A program made the position numbers and the translations under genes. Shown here piece by piece: positions 1-9,800 of a DNA stretch of 64,000 bases. The stretch is from Myxococcota bacterium (GTDB lineage Bacteria; Myxococcota_A; UBA796; GCA-2862545). Where the stretch lies: positions 57,744 through 121,743 of the forward strand of contig JBCCQY010000005.1 of the NCBI GenBank assembly GCA_039208735.1, in the 5' to 3' direction. The notes below the pieces were generated by a model. That model searched no databases, was not told the DNA's origin, and worked only from the letters and a program-made list of their open reading frames with translations. Numbering within the stretch: position 1 is the first letter of the stretch; each line of letters starts with the position of its first letter.

Positions 1-3
1 GCC

Positions 4-2079
4 GTGCCGGCCGATGACCTCGAAGCGGCCTTGCGCGATGCGCTTGAGTCCGAGCTGCGAGACTCGCGGGTTGCGCTGTCGGTGGGGTTTGCGGTGGCCC
101 TCGACAAGCTCGATGCGCATGCGCGGGAGCAGGTGCTGCATGCGCTGCCCTCCATCGTGCGGCGCTTCCCGAGCCTTCGCGAGCAGAACCTTGGCGATCC
201 GCAGGGATTCTTGTGCCTCGAAGTGAACCACGGGGCCCACGGCGTGGTCGCCATCCGCCACGAACAGCAGCTTCACCTTGCGCACGTCGAGGAGTACACC
301 GCAGCCCTGGCCTGGGCGCGGACTCACCGGGTAGCGGCGGGGGCGGTGCTCGCGATCGATGAGGATGCGCCGGTGCCGGTTGGCGGGCCGGATGCGGCGG
401 ACCTCGAGGAGATCGAGCCGCCGGGACCGCTTGCCCACTTCAGCCGCAGCAAGTTCGTCCGGCTCGGGCTGCCCGACCCATGGGCGCGGGAGATGGGCGC
501 CCTCGATGAGGACCAGATCCATGCCCTGAGCAGCGTGTTGCGGCCCCACGTTCACGATGCGCTTTACGGGCTGGCGACGGGTGAGCCCTACGAGACCGTG
601 ATTCAGCGATTCGACGAGGCGTCGTCAGAACATTCCCCGGCCCAGGCATGGCCTGGCACGCCGGCATCCGAGATCCGGCGGGCCATGCAGCGCGGGGATT
701 GGTCGGTCTACTTGCATCCCTCGCAGGTTCGTCTCATTCGGCGCGACGCGCGGGGGGCCATGAAGATCACTGGCGGACCGGGCACCGGCAAGACGGTGGT
801 GGCGGTCCATCGAGCCCGCTTTTTGGCGGAGGGGCCATTCGCGGCGACCCGGGCGCCGATCCTGCTTACTACCCCGGTGAGCCACCTGGCTGGGCCCCTA
901 CAGCAGATGGTCGACCGGGCTTGCGCAGATCGGCCCGAAGTCGCTTCCCGCATCGTGGTTCGGTCGGTGCAGGGGTTGGCTCAGGCCATCGTGGCCAAAC
1001 ATCCCCAGCCGAGGCGCTTGGCCGATGCCGCAACCCTCGGCGAACTCTGGGCGCAGGCCATGGGGCCCTCCGACCTGCCTTGGAGCAAGGACGAGCTGGC
1101 TCAGGAGCGCATCGACGTCCTCGATCGCAACGATGCGTGGACGTGGGAGGCCTACCGCGATGCCCGTCGAGAAGGTCGCCGGCGTCGCTTGGGCGCCCGG
1201 CAACGCGAAGCGGTGTGGCGCGTGCTCGAGGCGTTCGAGGGGGCCATGGCGGAGCGAGGGGTCGCCGATCCGGTCACGATGGCGCGGTTGGCACTGGGCC
1301 ACCTTCGGACCGATCCGTCGGTGGTGCGGTTTGCCGCCATCGTGTGTGACGAAGTGCAGGATGCATCCAGCGCGGAGCTGCGCTTGCTCGCAGCGTTGGC
1401 GAGCGATCCGGCTCACCCCACCATTCGCGCCAATGGCCTCACCCTATGCGGCGACGGATTTCAGCGGTTGTTTGCCAGTCCGGTGGTGCTTTCGCGGTGT
1501 GGCATCGAAGTGCGCGGACGCAGTCATCGCCTGCAGGTCAGCTACCGCACGACCGAAGGCATTCGCCGGGCGGCGGTGGCCCAGGTGGCCCAGATTCCAC
1601 CCGATCCGTTCGATCGTGTCTCGGACGACGATGACACGCCTCTCGAAGGGTTCCGGAGCTTGCTCGCGGGACGTCCGCCGCAGCGGCGCTGGTTCCGTAC
1701 TGACGCCGAGGAACTCGGGTTCATTCGGGATCGTTGGTTGGACGGCGAAGGCGGCCTTTTGGTGTTGACGCGGACCGAGGCGGATCGAGACCGGTTGGTC
1801 GAAGGACTGCGGGGCCTCGAAGACGGGACCGAACCGGTGATGCTCGATGCAAGGACCGCCAAAGAGCCCGACCCTCGCGGGCTTACCGTGTGCACGATCG
1901 CCCGTGCCAAAGGCCTTGAGGCGCCCCGGGTGGTGATCGCGGCCGCTCAACATCTCGCCGCGTTCACCGACGGGCCCGACTACGCCTCCGCCTACGAGTG
2001 TCGTCTTGCCTACACTGCGATGACGCGCGGCCGGGACTGGTTGGCCGTCACTGGAGTGCGAACCGAATCGAACCGGTGA
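4..2079 (+). CDS. UvrD/Rep-like superfamily 1 helicase (possibly 5'-partial at the window edge)
   Basis: Q motif YLHPSQ, Walker A GGPGTGKT, Walker B IVCDEVQD, SYRTT, TIARAKGLE and motif VI AYTAMTRGR. The frame is open to the window edge. Confidence 0.85.
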   Translation: MPADDLEAALRDALESELRDSRVALSVGFAVALDKLDAHAREQVLHALPSIVRRFPSLREQNLGDPQGFLCLEVNHGAHGVVAIRHEQQLHLAHVEEYTAALAWARTHRVAAGAVLAIDEDAPVPVGGPDAADLEEIEPPGPLAHFSRSKFVRLGLPDPWAREMGALDEDQIHALSSVLRPHVHDALYGLATGEPYETVIQRFDEASSEHSPAQAWPGTPASEIRRAMQRGDWSVYLHPSQVRLIRRDARGAMKITGGPGTGKTVVAVHRARFLAEGPFAATRAPILLTTPVSHLAGPLQQMVDRACADRPEVASRIVVRSVQGLAQAIVAKHPQPRRLADAATLGELWAQAMGPSDLPWSKDELAQERIDVLDRNDAWTWEAYRDARREGRRRRLGARQREAVWRVLEAFEGAMAERGVADPVTMARLALGHLRTDPSVVRFAAIVCDEVQDASSAELRLLAALASDPAHPTIRANGLTLCGDGFQRLFASPVVLSRCGIEVRGRSHRLQVSYRTTEGIRRAAVAQVAQIPPDPFDRVSDDDDTPLEGFRSLLAGRPPQRRWFRTDAEELGFIRDRWLDGEGGLLVLTRTEADRDRLVEGLRGLEDGTEPVMLDARTAKEPDPRGLTVCTIARAKGLEAPRVVIAAAQHLAAFTDGPDYASAYECRLAYTAMTRGRDWLAVTGVRTESNR

Positions 2080-2113
2080 AGGTCGAACGACTTTCGTGGC
2101 ATACTCGCGACCC

Positions 2114-2701
2114 ATGGACCAGTGGGCCCCCTCGCATTCCCCTCCGCCCCGCGTCATGCTGATCGTGGGTGCGTTGGCGTCGTTGTTGGGGGCGCTGTCG
2201 ATGATGGGTCCACCGACGGTGGCGGAGTCGTCGGCGCGGAGTTCGACGACCCTGTTTGGCGCCGCGTTCGTCGCGCAGCCGCGAGCCCTTGGTTCAATCC
2301 GTTCCGTCGAGGCGCCCGACGACCCCGAGCCCTCGGATGGGATCGACACCGGCGCACCGCCGATTCGGTTCGACCCGACGCCGCCCGATGTCGTGCTTGT
2401 GGCCACCTCGGTGAGTCCGAATCCCAGGCTCCATACGGTGGCCCTTCGCCGACGCGATGCGGCGGTCTCCAAGTTCCTCAACCTTGGCGATCGGGTGGAT
2501 GGCTACGTCGTCAAGGTCATCGACCGCCGCGAAGTGACGTTGGAAGCACCCGATGGCACAGGGTGGATCTACAGCTTGTCGTTCTACCCCGACGATGTAC
2601 CCGAGCCCCGAAGAGTGGGAGAGCCCGAACCGCCTCCTCGCGAACGGGGGGTCTCCGAAGAGGCAGAGCCGTCTGCCGAAACCGGCGACACCGGGCTTTG
2701 A
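2114..2701 (+). CDS. Membrane-anchored protein with a GspC/PilP-like beta domain
   Basis: N-terminal hydrophobic helix and Pro/acidic linker, then VLVATSVS...LNLGDRVDGYVVKVIDRREVTL, which resembles the T2SS-C/PilP pattern. CATACT lies 8 nt before the ATG. Confidence 0.45.
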   Translation: MDQWAPSHSPPPRVMLIVGALASLLGALSMMGPPTVAESSARSSTTLFGAAFVAQPRALGSIRSVEAPDDPEPSDGIDTGAPPIRFDPTPPDVVLVATSVSPNPRLHTVALRRRDAAVSKFLNLGDRVDGYVVKVIDRREVTLEAPDGTGWIYSLSFYPDDVPEPRRVGEPEPPPRERGVSEEAEPSAETGDTGL

Positions 2702-2730
2702 GCCTCAGGTGCGTGAAATCACCTGACGGC
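2702..2730. terminator. Hairpin between convergent genes
   Basis: GCC-TCAGGTG / CACCTGA-C-GGC inverted repeat between the stops at 2701 and 2739. No strong U tract. Confidence 0.45.
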
Positions 2731-2738
2731 GCATGACC

Positions 2739-3173
2739 TTACATCGTGGCTTGCCACGCCCGCAGCTGCGGCAGCATCGGCCACAGGTTGATGGCGAGGG
2801 CCATGAAAAACAGGGGCAGGTGGAACGGCAGCAGCGTCACCGAAAAGAACGTCATCAGCCAAGGCGAGACATCGCCTGTGTAGGGCTGGATGTTCATGGT
2901 GTAGCGCTCATCGGTCTGCCCCTTGCGTACCGCGTCATAGAGCTTGCGAAACAAACGCTCCTGACGCAGGTAGTAGGCGTCGAGACCCCAGAACAACAAC
3001 GTGATGAGCAGGGTCAGCCAGCCAAGGAAGGGCTGAGCGTCAGCCTGAATGCTGGAAGCGCCGGCGATGAGCGCGGACAAAATTGCGATCGACCAACTCT
3101 TTAGGCTGAACGAGTTGTTGGCGAGCCGACCGACCACACTCTGGATGAGTTCCAGATGTTTATCGAGGGACAT
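2739..3173 (-). CDS. Small three-TM membrane protein (KHLExIQ..V.R...NSF.LK.W family)
   Basis: MSLDKHLELIQSVVGRLANNSFSLKSW...FWGLDAYYLRQERLFRKLYD, with three hydrophobic segments. Confidence 0.7.
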   Translation of the reverse strand: MSLDKHLELIQSVVGRLANNSFSLKSWSIAILSALIAGASSIQADAQPFLGWLTLLITLLFWGLDAYYLRQERLFRKLYDAVRKGQTDERYTMNIQPYTGDVSPWLMTFFSVTLLPFHLPLFFMALAINLWPMLPQLRAWQATM

Positions 3174-3216
3174 GGGGCGTCCGGAGGGAGAAGGAGGGAC
3201 GCCCTGCGTAACGCGA

Positions 3217-4185
3217 TCAGCAACATCCGCCGCCGTTGTAGTGCCAGGTCGACTCGGTCACCACGAGGTCGTCGCGGCCCAAGGCCGCGAGCGCACCGGC
3301 GGTCTTGTCGCATACCGGCGCGGGCACGTCTTGGCGCAGCTCGTGGCCTTTGCCGTCGTCGAACCAGGGGTGGGCGCCAAAGTAGATCGCGGTCTTGCCG
3401 GTGAAGATGCAAGGCCCATCTTCGGGGATGGGGTGCTTGTAGGCCACGACTTCGACCGACTCGAGCAGGATCGACGTCTCAAGTCCAAACCGGGCCTTGT
3501 CGAGGAGGCGGTAGGGGCGGCGACCTCGGATCTCGATGGTGCCAAAGCCCGCCTTTACGATGCGGTCTAGGTAGTTCTCGAGGGTCAACGAGCCCGACAG
3601 ACACATCGCACGAAGGCGGTCATCGTCGACGAGGTGCCCAGGCAACGGCACCGGCGTAATCGGATCGGACAGGGACAACGCGCCCTCGGGGGCGAGCACG
3701 CGATGCGCCTCGTTGAGCGCCTGCTGTAGCTCGTCTTCGCGGAAGATGTTGAACAAGCAGTTTTGGGCCACGAGGCCCATGGAGTTGTCCTCGAGGGGCA
3801 GATTCAAGGCATCGCCCTGACGCAGATCGATCATGGCTTCGGTGAGCCACGGGTTCTGCTCCCGTGCGGTGGCCAGGTTGCGCTGGCACACCTCGATCAT
3901 CTCGGGGACCGGGTCGACGCCCACGACGCCCTGGGGGCGCCGCGCAAGCGAGGCAAACTGGATCAGCTCGAGTCCCCCGCCGACCCCGATGTAGAGCACC
4001 GGAGCGTCATCCGGAATGTCGCGTGGATGGACGGTGGTTCCGCAGCCGTAGTTCATCTCGACCATGACTTCGGGAATCGTGAGGTCGGGCATGTGCCAGG
4101 GCGGCGTCGACACACAACAGAGCTGGTCGTCTGGGGTGAGGGCCGCCGCTGCGTAGAGATCCTTGGCGGCCTGCAGGTAGGTCAT
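3217..4185 (-). CDS. arsM: Arsenite S-adenosylmethionine methyltransferase (arsenosugar-type ArsM-like)
   Basis: LCC near the N-terminus, MNYGCG, SAM motif YIGVGGG, QNCLFN, AMCLSG, PVCDKTA and C-terminal GGGCC. RBS GAGGA precedes the ATG at 4185. Confidence 0.8.
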   Translation of the reverse strand: MTYLQAAKDLYAAAALTPDDQLCCVSTPPWHMPDLTIPEVMVEMNYGCGTTVHPRDIPDDAPVLYIGVGGGLELIQFASLARRPQGVVGVDPVPEMIEVCQRNLATAREQNPWLTEAMIDLRQGDALNLPLEDNSMGLVAQNCLFNIFREDELQQALNEAHRVLAPEGALSLSDPITPVPLPGHLVDDDRLRAMCLSGSLTLENYLDRIVKAGFGTIEIRGRRPYRLLDKARFGLETSILLESVEVVAYKHPIPEDGPCIFTGKTAIYFGAHPWFDDGKGHELRQDVPAPVCDKTAGALAALGRDDLVVTESTWHYNGGGCC

Positions 4186-4250
4186 CTTTTCCTCGGGGCG
4201 AACACGGTCGTGTAGACGTCTCCGAGGCCTTGGTTTCGTTGCGTTCGCGA

Positions 4251-5642
4251 TCAGGGGAAGATGCTGCGGAACGTTCCGATGAGATCGCGGTACTCGGGGG
4301 TCAGGCGAAGCGCGGCGAGGGGTCGGTCCTCGAGATCGCCCTCGCAAGGCTCATCTTCTTCGGTCTTTCCGCAATGACTGAAGAAATGCACGGCCGCCAC
4401 CGCCGGGGTGCCGCGGTGGTAGACATACAGCGGCGATCCGCTGTCACCCGCCGATGCGTCACAGCTATGGTGCACGATTCTGGACCACCCATCGTTGTCG
4501 ACCTCCTCGAACTCGCCTACGTCGCACGTCGCCGCATTGCCGTAGAGGTGGTCATCCTCGCAGGGCGTGGGGTCGTCGATGCGCTCGACGCCATCCGAGA
4601 CGAAGTCGCAAATGGGGTAGCCGCGGCGGTAGATGTTGGCGTCTTGGAGGTCGGCCGCTCCATAGGTCACGCGACCCATCCAACCCACTTCGTCGCCCAG
4701 TCGAGCGGGGAGCACCAGGATGCCGTAGTCGGAGCCCCAGGTCCGGCTCGCGTTGCGCCAGGCGGAGGGGGTGTAGTACCAGAGCGCCTGGCCAGCGGGG
4801 ATGTCGTTGACGTCGATGCGAACCTTGGCCACCTCGCTGGACCCGTTGGCGCCCGCCCGAACATCGAAACCGCTGTACCAACGGTCGTCCTTGCGGCTCC
4901 ACAGACAGTGGCCCGCCGTGACCACGTGCCGAGGGCCGACCAGGGTGCCCGTACATCCGCCGCCCATCTGCACGATGCGGCGGTGGGCGGACAGGGTCAC
5001 GTCAGCATCGATGCCGTAGATGCGGGTCCGGTCGTCTGCACCATTGCTCCAGGCCTGGGGGTCGGGGTAGGCCGAACGGGCGTCGTGGTCCTCTTCGGAC
5101 GGCTCGGTACGGCTGCCCAGATCTCGGCGGTTTTCAATGTCGTACTTGCCGATCGAATCGAGGAGCCCTCCTTCGAACGACACCGAGAACTCGTTGCCGG
5201 TGGCGCCATTGAACGCGGCGATGCTGTTGAGCAGATGATCTTCGATGGCGACCGGGCCGTCATGCGGCTTGGGCTCAATCTCGCCGCTATCTCCCTTGCC
5301 AAGGTAGCTAAGGACGATCCGATGGTCGGCGTCGTCGCGAAGGGGGACGATGCCGTCCAAGGCACCCAAGATCAGGGTCCGGGCGTCCTCGATGACCGTT
5401 GGATCATCCCGGCCATCGAACAGGTCGACCACAAGATGGCCATCGTCGGCCAGCTCGGTGATGCGCGGGTCCCCGAGTCGCTCGACGTCCGATGGGTCTG
5501 GGGTGCCGGTGTCCTCTGTCGGGGGCGGGGGGGCTGGCAGAGAAGGGGTGTCGCTGGAGGGCCTTTCGGGCAAGTCGTTGACCGGCAATTCCAGGCAACC
5601 AACCAGGGCAAGCGTAAGGGCGAGGGTGGAGGTGCGAATCAT
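4251..5642 (-). CDS. Trypsin-like (V8/glutamyl endopeptidase-type) serine protease lipoprotein
   Basis: Lipobox LVGC; catalytic triad motifs CTGTLVGPRHVVTAGHC, DYGIL and GDSGSP. Confidence 0.85.
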   Translation of the reverse strand: MIRTSTLALTLALVGCLELPVNDLPERPSSDTPSLPAPPPPTEDTGTPDPSDVERLGDPRITELADDGHLVVDLFDGRDDPTVIEDARTLILGALDGIVPLRDDADHRIVLSYLGKGDSGEIEPKPHDGPVAIEDHLLNSIAAFNGATGNEFSVSFEGGLLDSIGKYDIENRRDLGSRTEPSEEDHDARSAYPDPQAWSNGADDRTRIYGIDADVTLSAHRRIVQMGGGCTGTLVGPRHVVTAGHCLWSRKDDRWYSGFDVRAGANGSSEVAKVRIDVNDIPAGQALWYYTPSAWRNASRTWGSDYGILVLPARLGDEVGWMGRVTYGAADLQDANIYRRGYPICDFVSDGVERIDDPTPCEDDHLYGNAATCDVGEFEEVDNDGWSRIVHHSCDASAGDSGSPLYVYHRGTPAVAAVHFFSHCGKTEEDEPCEGDLEDRPLAALRLTPEYRDLIGTFRSIFP

Positions 5643-5746
5643 CGTGGGCCTCGTGGGTTTCACCGAAGCCGAATCGCAAGCCCCGTGCCACGACCGCGCC
5701 GTGGCAACGACCTCGTAATGATGGGGGTCGTCGAGCAATGAGCGGA

Positions 5747-5789
5747 GCGCTTGGGATGCGCGCGATGAGCGAGCGCGCATCCCAAGCGC
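5747..5789. terminator. Perfect 17-bp inverted repeat downstream of the TSP3/VWA gene
   Basis: GCGCTTGGGATGCGCGC - 9 nt loop - GCGCGCATCCCAAGCGC, 4 nt past the stop codon at 5794. Confidence 0.6.
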
Positions 5790-5793
5790 AAGC

Positions 5794-8700
5794 TTACGGG
5801 TGGGTGAAGCGAACCACGTTGCCTTGGACCATGCCGCCGTCGAAGCAGCTGTACTCCAAGAACACGCTCTGGTTGCCCTGAATCCCTGAGGTGGCCGAGG
5901 CCCCGTTGTCGATGCCGACCCCGGCCAGGGTGTCGACGTAGCAAATCTCGATGTCGTTGGAGCCTTCGCGGAGCACCGCGCGCACGTCGATTTGGCCGCC
6001 ATTGAAGTGCGGAACCTTCCACTGCACTTCGAACTGTTGGTTTGGAGAAACGCCCGAAGTGCGCGCCCAGACCTGACCGCCCGCGGGGTTGAGGTCGTCC
6101 CACCACGCCATGATGCTGCGGCTCTGGGTGTTCACCGGCAGGCATTGGTTGTTGGGGGGTGAGACCGGCTGTTCGAAGTTCAAGGTGCCGTTCGAACCCA
6201 CCCACACGCTGCTGTAGTCGATGCCGTAGAAGTCGAAGGCGAAGTTCAGCTGAACTTCGACGGTGCCTTCATCGCCAAGCCCGAGGGTGCTGCTGCTGGC
6301 TGAGAGATCGGGGCAAAGACCGGTGACGCCGGTCTCCTCACACATGCGGTAGCCAAACACATCCGAGTCGAGTTCGGTGCAGTTCTCGTAGCGGTGAGCG
6401 GCCGAGATGCACTCCGAGTCTGCGGGGTAGTCCACGTTGCCGTCACCGTCGTCGTCCTGGCCGTTGAAGCAGGCGGGGGTGACCAACGGGTCGGTCTCAT
6501 TGGGATCGAACGGCGTTTCACAGCCCGGGTCGAACGGGTAGTCCGTGAGGCCATCGCCATCTTGGTCGATGCCATCGTTGCATCCATCCCGCACGCCTTC
6601 GCAATCTTCCACGTACTCGATGGTGACCAGGGTTCCTGAATCGGGACGGTTCGATCCGTCGAACAGCACCGCATTCTGGGACTGGTCGTAGATCCAGCCC
6701 TCAACCGGCACGCCGTTCGCGCGAGCCAGGATCGTCTCGGGAACCGGAATGTCGTTGAGCGGGAAGGCGAGACTGGCGAGCGACTGGGTCGCGATTTCAG
6801 CGAGGTCCCCACCCCAATCGACGTTCAGGATGTCGAAGAACTGGCCTGAGGCCAAGGTGATGAGCTGGTCGTAGCCTGTCGAATCGTTCGGGTTGAGAAT
6901 GCCGTTGACGACGACCTTGCCCGGATCGTTGTTCTTGAGACCAAGCCAGTAGGTGTAGGCCTGCAATGGGGTGGTTGAGCTGAAGTCGGACTCGTCGGAG
7001 ACGAAGATGACCGACAGCACGGCGTCCGACCGTAAGAAGGCGCTGCCCGGAGCACAATCGCCCCCCGGCTGGGTGCAGTCGTACGCACGCTGGATGCCTT
7101 CTTCGATACCGCTGCCCCCGGTTCCGAGATTCACCTGGGTGGCGAATTCGGCGGCGGCGCCGGGGGTGTTGGTGATGATGGGGCCCACCAGTGAGGACGA
7201 TGACGTGCTGATGACGCCGACCTGCCAGGTGGCACCCACGCTCGTCATGGCCTGAATGAAGGTGCTGAAGTTGGAGCCGAGGGCGGCCTGCTCGTTGCCC
7301 ATCGAGCAGCTGTCGTCGACCACCAGCAGCAGGTCGATGTTGTTGGCTGGGGTCTGGGGGAAGGCGTCGATCTTGTCGAGGCCTACGCAGGGGTCGCAAT
7401 CGTCGGGCACGCCATCGACGTCACGGTCGATCGAGTCGTCGAAACCGGGGCAGAGGTCGCAGGCGTCGGGCGTTTCGTCGAGGTCGGAGTCGAGGGTGTC
7501 GTCGCCATTCTCGCAGACGTCGCATCCGTCGGGCTTGCCGTCGCCATCGGCGTCTGCCGCATCGTCGAAGCCGGGGCACGCGTCGCAGTCGTTCGGCACG
7601 AGGTCGACGTCGTCATCGGCAAGGTCGTCGGCACCGGGGCAGACGTCGCACAGATCGGGGATCGTGTCGCCATCATCGTCGATGGCGTCATCGAAGCCCT
7701 CGCAAAGGTCACAGCTGTTGGCGAGCACATCTCCGTTCAGGTCAAGGCCCCCGGGCACGCCGTCGAGGTCATCGTCGATGGCGTTGTCAAGGCCGGGGCA
7801 GATGTCGCATCCTTCACGGTCGGGGAACCCGTCGCCATCGGGGTCGTCGAGGTCGTCGAAGTCGGGACACAGATCACACAGATCGGGAATGGTGTCCTGG
7901 TCGTCATCGATCGCATCGTCGAAGCCTTCGCACAGGTCGCAGCTGCCTGCGAGCACCAAACCGTTCCCATCGAGCCCCCCCGGAACGCCGTCGAGGTCGT
8001 CATCGATGGCGTCGTCGAAGCCTTCACACCGGTCGCAGAAGTCGGGGATGGTGTCGAAGTCGGCGTCGTCGAGGTCATCGCCGTTAGGGCAGACGTCGCA
8101 CTGGTTTGGAATGGTGTCTTGGTCATCGTCGAGGGCATCGTTGAAGCCTTCGCACTTGTCGCAGGCGTCGGGCACATTGTCGCCATCGGTGTCGATGTTG
8201 TTGTCGCCTAGCGTGCAGAGGTCACAATCGTCGGGGATGCCGTCCATGTCCCCGTCGAGGGCATCGTCGAAGCCTTCGCACTTGTCACAGTCGTCGGGCA
8301 CGCCATCGCCGTCGGCGTCGAGGTTGTCGGGTCCGAGGTTGCAGATGTCGCAGCCGTTCGGGACCCCGTCGAGGTCGTCGTCGAGCCGGTCGTCGAAGCC
8401 TTCGCAGAGGTCGCAGCCCCCTGGCGTGATGCCACCGTCGCCCGGCACCCCGTCGAGATCGGTGTCGATGCTGTCGTCGAAGCCCTCGCAGGCATCGCAG
8501 CTGGCCGGGCTGCCGTCGCCAGGAACCCCGTCAGAATCCAGGTCAATGGCGTCGTTGAAGCCTTCGCAAAGATCGCAGCTGTTGGGCAGGACGTTGCCGT
8601 TGGCGTCGACACCACCGGGAACGTCGTCGAAGTCGAGGTCGATGCGGTCATCGAAGTTGGGACAGGTGTCGCAACCATCGGGAATGGTGTCGGCGTCAGC

Positions 8701-9483
8701 GTCCATGAAGTTGTTGCCTTCGGGACACGAATCACAGTCGTCGGCAAAGCCGTCGTTGTCGATGTCGACGAGGTCATCGCCATCGGGGCAGCTGTCGCAC
8801 TGGTCGGGCACCGTGTCGCCGTCGACATCGATGGTGTCGTCGAAACCCACACAGCGGTCGCATGCATCGGGTACGCCGTCTTTGTCGTTGTCGCGTCGGT
8901 CATCGCCGGCCAGGCAGATGTCGCACCCGTTCGGAATCGTGTCGCCATCGTCGTCAACGTCAAGGGCCACGCTTTCGCAGACCGCAGACCCCGACATCGA
9001 GACCACGTCCTCGGGGAAGTTCTCGTCGTTGGTGGTGAGGACGAGCCGGTCCGAGAAGCTGCCGTAGCGAGGAGGCGCCACCTGAACCGTGATGTCGAAG
9101 GAGTCGGTCCCTTTGATGACGAGGGGTAGCGTCAGCTTGTCGCTGAGTTCGAAGGCGGCCGGGATGTCCTTCACCGTCGACTCGAAGGTCACCTCCGAAA
9201 TCTCGAGTTGCCCGGAGCACGGGTTGGAAACTGTGAAGGTTTGCGAAGGGGTCTCCCCGAACTCGAATTCGGCGAATTCGAGTACGCTTGGCTTGATGTC
9301 GATGCAGGGGAGTTCGAAGTCACCGAGCAAGTCGCAATCAGGGCCCGTGCAGTCCGTCGTTTCTTCGGGTGGAAGAATGATTTCGCCTTGGCAGGCAATG
9401 AGCCCCCACGTGAGTACGAACGCCCACCATTGCGACGAGGACTGGAGTATTCGAGGGTTCCGCTTCGAAAGGGCATGCTTCAC
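5794..9483 (-). CDS. Large lipoprotein adhesin: Ig-like domain, TSP3-like repeats, VWA domain, nidogen-like C-terminus
   Basis: Lipobox LIAC; Ig-like segment; 23 DxDxDxxPxxCDxC repeats; VWA MIDAS DLLLVVDDSCSM with VSDESD; C-terminal FDFYG...VGSNG...IMAWWDDL. Confidence 0.8.
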   Translation of the reverse strand: MKHALSKRNPRILQSSSQWWAFVLTWGLIACQGEIILPPEETTDCTGPDCDLLGDFELPCIDIKPSVLEFAEFEFGETPSQTFTVSNPCSGQLEISEVTFESTVKDIPAAFELSDKLTLPLVIKGTDSFDITVQVAPPRYGSFSDRLVLTTNDENFPEDVVSMSGSAVCESVALDVDDDGDTIPNGCDICLAGDDRRDNDKDGVPDACDRCVGFDDTIDVDGDTVPDQCDSCPDGDDLVDIDNDGFADDCDSCPEGNNFMDADADTIPDGCDTCPNFDDRIDLDFDDVPGGVDANGNVLPNSCDLCEGFNDAIDLDSDGVPGDGSPASCDACEGFDDSIDTDLDGVPGDGGITPGGCDLCEGFDDRLDDDLDGVPNGCDICNLGPDNLDADGDGVPDDCDKCEGFDDALDGDMDGIPDDCDLCTLGDNNIDTDGDNVPDACDKCEGFNDALDDDQDTIPNQCDVCPNGDDLDDADFDTIPDFCDRCEGFDDAIDDDLDGVPGGLDGNGLVLAGSCDLCEGFDDAIDDDQDTIPDLCDLCPDFDDLDDPDGDGFPDREGCDICPGLDNAIDDDLDGVPGGLDLNGDVLANSCDLCEGFDDAIDDDGDTIPDLCDVCPGADDLADDDVDLVPNDCDACPGFDDAADADGDGKPDGCDVCENGDDTLDSDLDETPDACDLCPGFDDSIDRDVDGVPDDCDPCVGLDKIDAFPQTPANNIDLLLVVDDSCSMGNEQAALGSNFSTFIQAMTSVGATWQVGVISTSSSSLVGPIITNTPGAAAEFATQVNLGTGGSGIEEGIQRAYDCTQPGGDCAPGSAFLRSDAVLSVIFVSDESDFSSTTPLQAYTYWLGLKNNDPGKVVVNGILNPNDSTGYDQLITLASGQFFDILNVDWGGDLAEIATQSLASLAFPLNDIPVPETILARANGVPVEGWIYDQSQNAVLFDGSNRPDSGTLVTIEYVEDCEGVRDGCNDGIDQDGDGLTDYPFDPGCETPFDPNETDPLVTPACFNGQDDDGDGNVDYPADSECISAAHRYENCTELDSDVFGYRMCEETGVTGLCPDLSASSSTLGLGDEGTVEVQLNFAFDFYGIDYSSVWVGSNGTLNFEQPVSPPNNQCLPVNTQSRSIMAWWDDLNPAGGQVWARTSGVSPNQQFEVQWKVPHFNGGQIDVRAVLREGSNDIEICYVDTLAGVGIDNGASATSGIQGNQSVFLEYSCFDGGMVQGNVVRFTHP
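7383..8960 (-). repeat. Intragenic array of 23 Asp-rich CDxC repeats (basic period about 21 aa)
   Basis: Counted in the translation, e.g. EGFDDAIDDDQDTIPDLCDLC. Three units carry a GGxDxNGxVLxxS insertion. Boundaries are approximate. Confidence 0.85.
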
Positions 9484-9800
9484 TGGTTCCTCCCGTGAGA
9501 GTCTCTGCGTGCGTCAACCGTGCGGCCGCCAGAGGGCTAGCGCGTGCAAACGAAACGGCGAAAAAAGGCCGTCAAAAGACATCGTTTGACACTACCGTAA
9601 TGAAGGTCCCACTGGCCACCGTTTTATTTTCCCACGGTGAGGCACCGAAAGAAAGAGGTCTCATCACTCTTTTCGTGAGTGGCGGATCTGAACCCACCAC
9701 AGACGGGCCACCGCATGCGGCAAAGTGCGCGCTTTGAATAGGAGTGCCCGGTCGTTCGTCCCTGGTCGATTAGGGGGATCCATCGGGTCGCGGAGGGGAT

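Noticed and set aside
4..3173. A complete anti-phage defence island at the window start
   Set aside because: Only a helicase and one small TM gene are visible, with no nuclease, methylase or TIR partner. Upstream context is missing.
3160..3219. Sec read-through at the arsM stop (GGGCC-TGA)
   Set aside because: GGCC is a natural end for this family as I recall it. The downstream hairpin has a pyrimidine loop with no G, and the extension would be short and featureless.
4230..5741. Other long opposite-strand ORFs (e.g. 4230..5741, 15632..17050, 19470..20822, 25428..26672, 45802..47028, 55338..56546)
   Set aside because: These are typical high-GC antisense shadows of well-supported genes, with no recognisable motifs.
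7383..8960. CxxC array as a multiheme cytochrome, or the DNA repeats as a CRISPR array
   Set aside because: No His follows the CxxC motifs. The repeats are degenerate, in-frame coding units without identical repeats, unique spacers or cas genes.
7256..9067. 603-aa Ser-rich ORF on the plus strand
   Set aside because: It is the antisense shadow of the Asp-rich (GAC GAC) repeat gene; no independent motifs.
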